Shown here: piece after piece, positions 18,453 through 25,485 of the stretch | How positions within the stretch are numbered: position 1 is the first letter of the stretch | How the letters are laid out: every line of letters starts with the position of its first letter | Origin: Fidelibacterota bacterium | GTDB lineage: Bacteria > Fidelibacterota > Marinisomatia > Marinisomatales > JABMOV01 | Direction: 5' to 3' | Length of the DNA: 37,061 bases | NCBI GenBank assembly: GCA_046861395.1 | Contig: JBHHUC010000017.1 | Location: 1 to 37,061, forward strand | Notes under the pieces: generated by a model | Database searches by the model: none | What the model saw: only the letters and a program-made list of their open reading frames with translations | Told to the model about the DNA's origin: nothing | Translations under genes and position numbers: made by a program

Positions 18453-19404
18453 ACCAGGTCCAGGATTCCAGATCGAGGTTGCCTCCGCTGAGGATGATTC
18501 CGATTTTCCGACCTGTGATGCTGGTCGTTGATTCCATTAGCGCAGCAAGCGGAACGGCGCCGGAGGGTTCAACAATGATTTTTAACCGGTCCCAAATCAA
18601 TCTCATGGCCTTCCGGATGGTCTGTTCCGAAACGGTAACGATATTGTCAGCATAGGCCAGAATGGTGGCAAACGGTTTTTCCCCGGGACAGGTAGTGCGC
18701 AAGCCATCGGCGATCGTATCAGGATCGGCAATGGACACTCGCTCCCGACGCCGGAAGGAACGCTGCTGATCGTTGGCCTTTTCCGGTTCCACGCCATAGA
18801 TTGTGATGTTGGGATTCAGGGCTTTTGCGATTGTAGCCGTCCCGCTAAGCAATCCCCCGCCTCCAACCGGTACAATGATGGCGTCCAAGTCCGGACAAGT
18901 CTGAAGCAATTCAAGCGCGGCGGTTCCCTGTCCGGCCATGATGGCATAATCATTAAACGGATGAACCAACCGGGCACCCGTTTGGGCAATAATATCATCC
19001 GTGGCAGTCAGTCGGGCCTCCATGGTCGGCTCGCAAAAAACAATCCGGGCAGCATAACTCCGAATATTTTCCTGTTTGACATCCGGGGCCGTCCGGGGCA
19101 TGATCACTGTACAGTCCATATCAAACTCACGGGCGGCACAGGCCACGGCCGCACCATGATTTCCGGAAGAATGTGTCGCAATATTCTTGCATGATCCGGT
19201 CGATCGTAACAACGACAGGGCGTTCAGTGCTCCGCGCAGCTTAAAGGACCCGGTGCGCTGTAAATTTTCACATTTGAAACGAATGACACGTTGAAAATCT
19301 TTGTCAATGTGTTCATTCCACAAGACAGGGGTCACGCGGATAAACGGTTCGATCCTTTGTCCGGCCCGGATGATATCCTGTTTTTTCAGAAGTCGGATTG
19401 ACAT
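18451..19404 (-). CDS. PLP-dependent serine racemase/dehydratase family protein (fold type II)
   Basis: FKCENLQRTGSFKLRGA (PLP Lys), THSSGNHG, AGQGT, PVGGGGL, TIADG, VEPSGA, LSGGNLD. No regulatory ACT domain. Confidence 0.9.
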   Translation of the reverse strand: MSIRLLKKQDIIRAGQRIEPFIRVTPVLWNEHIDKDFQRVIRFKCENLQRTGSFKLRGALNALSLLRSTGSCKNIATHSSGNHGAAVACAAREFDMDCTVIMPRTAPDVKQENIRSYAARIVFCEPTMEARLTATDDIIAQTGARLVHPFNDYAIMAGQGTAALELLQTCPDLDAIIVPVGGGGLLSGTATIAKALNPNITIYGVEPEKANDQQRSFRRRERVSIADPDTIADGLRTTCPGEKPFATILAYADNIVTVSEQTIRKAMRLIWDRLKIIVEPSGAVPLAALMESTTSITGRKIGIILSGGNLDLESWTW

Positions 19405-19519
19405 GCTGCAATTTACAAGATTTTTATCTGAATCGGGATAAAAGACAGGATGAATAAATTCTGCACTTGAGCCCTTGTTAACTGTAAATTTGATTTATGT
19501 TTCATTTTCCTAAGGTTAT

Positions 19520-19672
19520 ATGAATCGCGTAGAAATTATTAAAAACGGTGTCACATTCGGTACGGTACTGGCCGTTGTTATCTCCTATTCCTGGAATCAA
19601 TCCGTGGGATGGGCGGTTATTCATGGTCTGTTATCCTGGTTGTATGTGTTCTACCACGTGTTGTTTCACTGA
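19520..19672 (+). CDS. 50-aa small membrane protein ([50 protein letters not shown])
   Basis: Translated by hand. SD-like TAAGG upstream, two hydrophobic segments, stop 7 nt before the yjbQ ATG. Confidence 0.75.
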   Translation: MNRVEIIKNGVTFGTVLAVVISYSWNQSVGWAVIHGLLSWLYVFYHVLFH

Positions 19673-19679
19673 GACGATC

Positions 19680-20099
19680 ATGAAGTCATACACAAAAGAA
19701 TTATGGTTCAAGATTCCTTCCCGTGCCGGGTTTGTGAATATTACACCAGAGGTGGAGGATGCCGTTGGTGAGAGCGGAATTCAGGAAGGATTATGTCTGG
19801 TAAATGCCATGCATATTACCGCCTCGGTATTTATTAATGACGATGAATCCGGACTGCACCAAGATTATTTACGCTGGTTGGAAGACCTGGCCCCCCACGA
19901 ACCGCTGGACCGTTATCAGCACAATCTGACAGGTGAAGATAATGGAGATGCCCATCATAAGCGACAGATCATGGGCCGGGATGTTACCATCGCTATTACC
20001 CGGGGACGATTGCATTTCGGTCCCTGGGAACAAATCTTCTACGGTGAATTCGATGGACGTAGGAATAAACGGGTACTGGTAAAAATTATAGGAGAATAA
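19680..20099 (+). CDS. yjbQ: YjbQ/UPF0047 family protein (secondary thiamine-phosphate synthase family)
   Basis: [40 protein letters not shown]. True start ATG 19680 (139 aa), not 19548. Confidence 0.92.
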   Translation: MKSYTKELWFKIPSRAGFVNITPEVEDAVGESGIQEGLCLVNAMHITASVFINDDESGLHQDYLRWLEDLAPHEPLDRYQHNLTGEDNGDAHHKRQIMGRDVTIAITRGRLHFGPWEQIFYGEFDGRRNKRVLVKIIGE

Positions 20100-21004
20100 T
20101 GTATTCATACCGTCTTCATTTCATGTTGCTGCTTCCACTTTGGCTATTTGGTCAAAATATGGTCAGGATCAACGCTCTCGTGGATCGGGTCGATTCCACC
20201 GGCCGAGCCCGGAAATATCTTCCTCGTGAACAAACACCGTATTCCGGGTTTGTTTTCTTCAATTATAATAACGGTCAACGTGAATTTGAAGGTCCCCTGA
20301 TTGAAGGACTACAGGAGGGAAAGTGGGTCTGGTGGTACGCCAACGGACAGAAACAACAGGAGGGCGAATTCCACAATACCAAGCAGGACGGTCTCTGGAC
20401 CCGTTGGTATGCCAACGGACAGAAAAAAGAAGAAGGTGAATTTATTCAGGGAAAGAAGGAAGGGACCTGGACTCAATGGCATGAAAACGGAGTCATATCC
20501 TCGGCCGAACCGTATAAGAACGGACTTTTGGATGGAATCCTCATGTTATGGTATCCCAACGGAACGAAAGAAGGGGAAGCCGATTTTATTCAGGGGGTGA
20601 AATACGGTCGCGATATCGGCTGGTATGATAACGGAAAGAAAAAATGGTCATTTCATTATATCCGTGGGCAGGAGGATGGACCACAGGTGGAATGGTATGA
20701 ATCCGGTGGAACGCGCTATTTCCATGACTATAAGGACGGGAAAAAGGACGGTGTCTGGAAAGAATGGTATGAAGACGGCTCCCCGCGGCTAAAGGGGCAG
20801 TTCTCCCGGGATAAACAGGTTGGGGAATGGCAGTGGTCCTATCCGGACAGTATGACGGCAATTTATGGAACCTATGATGCCGACTACCCGGTGGGAGAGT
20901 GGAAAGTATACGACTCCCAGGGACAGTTGATCGCGACGGAAAGTAATCCAACCCGATCGTGGATCAATAATCAGATCAGAGAATGGGAGAAAAAGACCGA
21001 ATGA
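20099..21004 (+). CDS. Exported MORN-variant repeat protein (YwqK-like repeat family)
   Basis: Signal peptide followed by about 9 tandem 24-aa repeats of type G.W..WY.NGQK..EG.F..G. TAATG coupling with yjbQ. Confidence 0.88.
   Translation: MYSYRLHFMLLLPLWLFGQNMVRINALVDRVDSTGRARKYLPREQTPYSGFVFFNYNNGQREFEGPLIEGLQEGKWVWWYANGQKQQEGEFHNTKQDGLWTRWYANGQKKEEGEFIQGKKEGTWTQWHENGVISSAEPYKNGLLDGILMLWYPNGTKEGEADFIQGVKYGRDIGWYDNGKKKWSFHYIRGQEDGPQVEWYESGGTRYFHDYKDGKKDGVWKEWYEDGSPRLKGQFSRDKQVGEWQWSYPDSMTAIYGTYDADYPVGEWKVYDSQGQLIATESNPTRSWINNQIREWEKKTE
20333..20600 (+). repeat. 72-nt-period coding repeats (tggtaygccaacggacagaaa...)
   Basis: Similar units start at 20333, 20405 and 20549, all in 72-nt register. 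Confidence 0.7.
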
Positions 21005-22458
21005 TCGATCCGGCCGTAAAAGCAACCTTAACCCTTGTTTTATCGAAAGCGTTCAAAGAAACCGTTCAGGACCGACTCCTGGTGGTTGAACATTCCTATG
21101 GTGACGGATATTTTTGCCATGATGCCAGTTGGAAGCCCCTGTCTCTCAATCTTGTGAAACGGGTGGAATACGCCATGCGTCAGTGGTTATCCGGTCCCGA
21201 AACCGTTGTGCTGGAACGAAAACCGCGCCAGGAAGTGATTGATTTGTTTACCCGGATCGGTTCGGAAAGTAAACTGGGTATTCTAAAACAATGGCAGGTA
21301 CCGGAGATTCCCATTGTCAGGATCGGGAAAGGCTATTGGGATTATCAGCTGGAACCGGTGGAAATACAACGGGACAAATTATGTGAATTCTGTCTGGAAA
21401 TATTCAATGATGGTTTTATCATCCGTTTCATTGAAAATCCACGGCGAAATATTACTCCGTTGAACAATCATTCCAAATTATTCAATATTATCATGGAAAA
21501 TGAGCAATGGGCGTCCATTCTGGGGGTATCCACCATTCATCAGACCAATGAATTAATTCAGTCGGGAGAAATGAAGGAAGTCTTGTGGGTAGCCGAAGGA
21601 TTACATGAAAAAAAGATCAGTTCAATTGCCGACAATATCGGAAAGGAATTTCCACGCAAGCGCATTATTACAATTGCCGGTCCATCCTCATCGGGAAAAA
21701 CATCTTTTTCCAAACGGCTGGCCATCCAATTGCGTGTCAATGGATTTCGGACTATTCCCATATCCATGGATGATTATTTTGTCGATCGGGACCAATTACA
21801 ACCGGGCCCGGACGGCATGGTGGACTTCGAATCGGTTGATTGCATGGATATTAACTTGCTCCAAGCCCGGATTCACAAATTACTGGCGAGTGAAAGTATT
21901 CCACGACGGGTTTTCGATTTCAAGTCCGGCGTAGGATGTGATAGTGATGAGACGCTGACGCTGGGGGAATGGGATTTCATTGTGTTGGAAGGTATCCACG
22001 GGTTGAATCCCCGCATCACTCGAGCCTTTGGCATTGATCATGTCCAGCGTATTTATGTTAGTGCACTCACCCAGTTGAATATTGATGCCAATCACCATAT
22101 TGCAACATCGGACAATCGTTTATTCCGGCGCATGGTAAGGGATTACCGGTATCGGGGGTATTCGGTGGAAGACACCTTGTTACGTTGGCCATCGGTGCGG
22201 GCGGGAGAGGAAGCTAATATTTTCCCCTTCCAGGAAGAAGCGGATTACCTTTTCAATTCAGCCCTGATCTATGAACTCCCCGTCCTGGCGAAGTTTGCCC
22301 GGCCTTTGTTGCATACCGTACCCGGTGACAGTCCGGTGAAAACAGAAGCGGAACGACTGGAATTATTATTGTCCTTTTTTGTGGATATGGACGAAAATTT
22401 GGTTCCCGGTATATCAATCCTGCGGGAATTTATCGGCGACAGTGATTTCCATTATTAA
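21001..22458 (+). CDS. Nucleoside (uridine) kinase with ThrRS-N-terminal-like extension
   Basis: EGLHEKKIS.IAD.I, P-loop IAGPSSSGKTSF, SMDDYF, LEGIHGLNP, DNRLFRRMVRD, W.SVRAGEE.NIFPFQE. Start ATG 21001 overlaps the upstream TGA. Confidence 0.88.
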   Translation: MIDPAVKATLTLVLSKAFKETVQDRLLVVEHSYGDGYFCHDASWKPLSLNLVKRVEYAMRQWLSGPETVVLERKPRQEVIDLFTRIGSESKLGILKQWQVPEIPIVRIGKGYWDYQLEPVEIQRDKLCEFCLEIFNDGFIIRFIENPRRNITPLNNHSKLFNIIMENEQWASILGVSTIHQTNELIQSGEMKEVLWVAEGLHEKKISSIADNIGKEFPRKRIITIAGPSSSGKTSFSKRLAIQLRVNGFRTIPISMDDYFVDRDQLQPGPDGMVDFESVDCMDINLLQARIHKLLASESIPRRVFDFKSGVGCDSDETLTLGEWDFIVLEGIHGLNPRITRAFGIDHVQRIYVSALTQLNIDANHHIATSDNRLFRRMVRDYRYRGYSVEDTLLRWPSVRAGEEANIFPFQEEADYLFNSALIYELPVLAKFARPLLHTVPGDSPVKTEAERLELLLSFFVDMDENLVPGISILREFIGDSDFHY

Positions 22459-24146
22459 TAGCCGATCGCAGTGTTCTCTCCCCGTTCATCGGCCCCGCCA
22501 TAAATCATTCCATCCTGTAGCAGAATTCCATTAGCCTGGCCGATATGTCCCCAGCGGTAGGGGATGATTTTATGTCCCCTGGCTTCCAGGTTGCGACGGA
22601 CATCTTTGGCCAACCCGAAGGGTTCGGTCATGATTACATCCGGCAACCACTGGGAATGAACCCGGGGCACGGAAACGGCCTGCTGTATATTCATACCGTG
22701 AACTACGACATTCAGAATACACTGCATGGTAGTGGTGATGATGGTTGATCCACCGGGAGAACCGATGACCATAAAGGGTTTTCCGTCTTTTAAAATGATG
22801 GTTGGTGTCATGGAACTGAGTGGTCTTTTTTCCGGCTCTATGGCATTGGCTTCTTTCCCGATCAGACCGAATACATTGGGAACCCCCGGCTTTACGGAAA
22901 AATCATCCATTTCATTATTCAAAAAGAAACCGGCTCCTTCTACCAATACGCCGCAACCAAAACTGGTATTCAGGGTTGTGGTAACACTGACAGCATTTCC
23001 CTGGGCGTCAATTACGGAATAATGGGTAGTTTCCCGACTTTCATAGGCCGTGGGATTCCCAGCGAGAATATGGGCACTGGGAGTAGCGTGTTCCGTGGAT
23101 ATCAGTTGTATCCGCTCGGCGGCATAATCCTTATCAATCAACATATCCAGCGGAACGTCCCAAAAATCGGCATCACCCATGTGTTCCGCCCGATCGGCAT
23201 AGGCCAGACGTTCACATTCCGTTAAGATATGAATGTATTCCGATGAATTCCAGCCCAGTGTGTCGAGTGGGTAGTGTTCCAGCATATTAAACAATTGGAT
23301 CAGCAAGGCACCGCCGCTGCTGGGAGGCCCCATGGAAATAATTTCATAATCCCGGAAGGTGCCGATAACCGGAGGTCTTTCCTTCGATTCATACAGAGCC
23401 AAATCATCCCGTGAAATCATGCCCTGCCCCTCTTCCATTTCCGCCACAATCAGATCGGCGGTTTTTCCACCGTAGAATCCCGTAATTCCGTTGCGGGCAA
23501 TGCGTCTGAGGGTATTGGCCAACTCCGGCTGTTTAAACCGATCGCCGCTTTTCCAGGGTTTGTTGTCGGTCCGGATGAATACCCGGCGAGCACCATCGTC
23601 TTTTTGAAAGAAATCTCTGAAATAATTCAAATAAGCGGCCATTCCGGTGGAAAGTATAAATCCCCGTTGTGCCAGTTGAATGGCCGGAGCCAGGATTTCA
23701 TTGCGGGAAATGTTTCCCGAACCATACAGTTTCCAAGCTGTCAGTAATCCATGAACACTGCCCGGAACACCGGCGGCGAGATGAGAGAACAGGGAAAGAT
23801 CGGGGATGACCTGGCTGGAATCGTCCAAATACATATCGTGGTGGGCCTGTAATGGCGCTTTCTCCCGGAAATCGATAGTGTGAGATTTCCCGTCTGCCGT
23901 ATGGATCACCATGAATCCGCCCCCCCCAATATTTCCGGCTTGGGGATGGGTAACGGCCAAGGCAAATCCGGTGGCCACAGCAGCATCCACGGCATTCCCG
24001 CCTTTCTTCATAATATCAACACCGGACTGGGAGGCTAGGGATGAGGCCGATACGACCATACCGTTTTCTGCCTCCACCGGTGCCCTATGGGCCCCGTAGC
24101 TGAGAGTAATGAATATGAGAAAAAAGGAAATACGATAAATTTTCAC
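22455..24146 (-). CDS. ggt: Gamma-glutamyltransferase (exported)
   Basis: GGNAVDAAVA, AGNIGGGGF, DFREKAP, catalytic ETTHYS, NNEMDDF, PLSSMTP, GSPGGSTI. Likely GTG start at 24146 with AGGA SD and signal peptide. Confidence 0.95.
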   Translation of the reverse strand: MKIYRISFFLIFITLSYGAHRAPVEAENGMVVSASSLASQSGVDIMKKGGNAVDAAVATGFALAVTHPQAGNIGGGGFMVIHTADGKSHTIDFREKAPLQAHHDMYLDDSSQVIPDLSLFSHLAAGVPGSVHGLLTAWKLYGSGNISRNEILAPAIQLAQRGFILSTGMAAYLNYFRDFFQKDDGARRVFIRTDNKPWKSGDRFKQPELANTLRRIARNGITGFYGGKTADLIVAEMEEGQGMISRDDLALYESKERPPVIGTFRDYEIISMGPPSSGGALLIQLFNMLEHYPLDTLGWNSSEYIHILTECERLAYADRAEHMGDADFWDVPLDMLIDKDYAAERIQLISTEHATPSAHILAGNPTAYESRETTHYSVIDAQGNAVSVTTTLNTSFGCGVLVEGAGFFLNNEMDDFSVKPGVPNVFGLIGKEANAIEPEKRPLSSMTPTIILKDGKPFMVIGSPGGSTIITTTMQCILNVVVHGMNIQQAVSVPRVHSQWLPDVIMTEPFGLAKDVRRNLEARGHKIIPYRWGHIGQANGILLQDGMIYGGADERGENTAIGY

Positions 24147-24159
24147 AATGATATCCTGT

Positions 24160-25425
24160 TTAGAGTTGTTTGAAATAGTCAATCATAACTTCCATAGCTG
24201 CAAACGGTTGGGGACAGGTTTCTTTCAATTCTTCCAAAGATATTTGTCCCTGCATTGTGACTTGTTTCAGTGCCTTGGTTCCGTCGAAATTTACGTAAGC
24301 CAGCCGTAATGAAAATTCATTTTCTGGACGGTGAAAGGCTGATCCAGGTAAGGTTGCCACCCCGGTCCGGTCCAGTAAATCTTCGCATAACTCCCGGGAA
24401 GTATGAATTCCCTTTTGCTGTAACTCGTGCTGCCAAGGTGAAAAGTCCGGGAAAAGGTAGAAACCGCCCAAAGGGGGGTGGATTTGTACTCCGGCGGCTT
24501 TCAGTTGTTGGGTAATGGCCTGTCCCATCACCTGCAGAATCAGTCGTGAATGAGAAACATAACGTTGGATGTCATCCCCAAATTGGAAGGCCGTAACAGC
24601 GGCATATTGAATCGGAGCACTTACGGATGTAAATGATTCACCGGCAATCACAGCCACGGCTTTACGCAAATCATTTAATTCGTCCGGGAAAGCAAACGTT
24701 CCCAGGCGCCAGCCGCCGGCGCCGCACCATTTGGATAAACCGGCACTGACAATCGTTCCTTCAGGATAGAACCGTGCGATGGAAACATGACCGCCCCGGT
24801 GGTGGAGTAAACCGTAAATTTCATCCGACAGAATCAGAATTCGGTTTTGTCGTGCCGTTTCCGCCAACTGGATCAATTCATCCTCTGTATATGTCAGCCC
24901 ATCGGGGTTGCCGGGATAATTCAGAATGAGAAGTTTGGGCCGGCGGGATGTTCCGGCCGCCGCCGCCAGACTCTCCGGCGAGATACGCCAGCGATCGCGG
25001 TACGTAGTGGGAATAAAGCGTACCGGACGTCCGCTGATTACTGCTTGAGGATAGTAAGAGACCCAACAGGGGGATGGAATGAGCAGATCACCGGTAAAAA
25101 CCAGCTGTAACAGAAACATTAATTCTTTGGAACCGGGACCGATTATGATCTGGTCCGGTGAAAATGTCAATTGATCGACAGTATGATGGAAACGGGCAAT
25201 TGTTTCGCGTAATTCCAACAATCCCTGAACCGGTAAATAATCTTTTTGCCGTGCCTGAGCGCTGAGTTCCTTCCGAACCGATTCGGGGACCGGGAAGGGC
25301 GACTGTCCCAGCCCGAAGCGATAGATCGTCTTCCCCTGGGCTTCCAGTGCATGACTTAATTCGTTGATAGCCAGGGTGGCCGATTGGGACATGGATTTGA
25401 GTTTGGAATTGGTATAGTCCGTCAT
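24160..25425 (-). CDS. Class I/II PLP-dependent aminotransferase (aspartate aminotransferase-like)
   Basis: SATLAIN, GLGQSPFP, NYPGNPDG, SDEIY, GLSKWCGAGGWRLG (PLP Lys), LPGSAF, LRLAY. Confidence 0.9.
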   Translation of the reverse strand: MTDYTNSKLKSMSQSATLAINELSHALEAQGKTIYRFGLGQSPFPVPESVRKELSAQARQKDYLPVQGLLELRETIARFHHTVDQLTFSPDQIIIGPGSKELMFLLQLVFTGDLLIPSPCWVSYYPQAVISGRPVRFIPTTYRDRWRISPESLAAAAGTSRRPKLLILNYPGNPDGLTYTEDELIQLAETARQNRILILSDEIYGLLHHRGGHVSIARFYPEGTIVSAGLSKWCGAGGWRLGTFAFPDELNDLRKAVAVIAGESFTSVSAPIQYAAVTAFQFGDDIQRYVSHSRLILQVMGQAITQQLKAAGVQIHPPLGGFYLFPDFSPWQHELQQKGIHTSRELCEDLLDRTGVATLPGSAFHRPENEFSLRLAYVNFDGTKALKQVTMQGQISLEELKETCPQPFAAMEVMIDYFKQL

Positions 25426-25436
25426 GAGTGTATAAC

Positions 25437-25465
25437 AAAGTGCCCGCCGGAAAAGCGGGCACTTT
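25437..25465 (-). terminator. Intrinsic terminator-like hairpin downstream of the TonB receptor
   Basis: Perfect 11-bp inverted repeat AAAGTGCCCGC-N7-GCGGGCACTTT; on the minus strand the right arm runs into TTTGTT. Confidence 0.75.
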
Positions 25466-25485
25466 ATTGCGGTTTTTAGTCTCGC

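Noticed and set aside
20099..21004. Toxin-antitoxin (YwqJK) system or CRISPR-like repeats
   Set aside because: No toxin gene is adjacent, the protein appears exported, and the repeats are in-frame degenerate coding repeats without unique spacers or cas genes.
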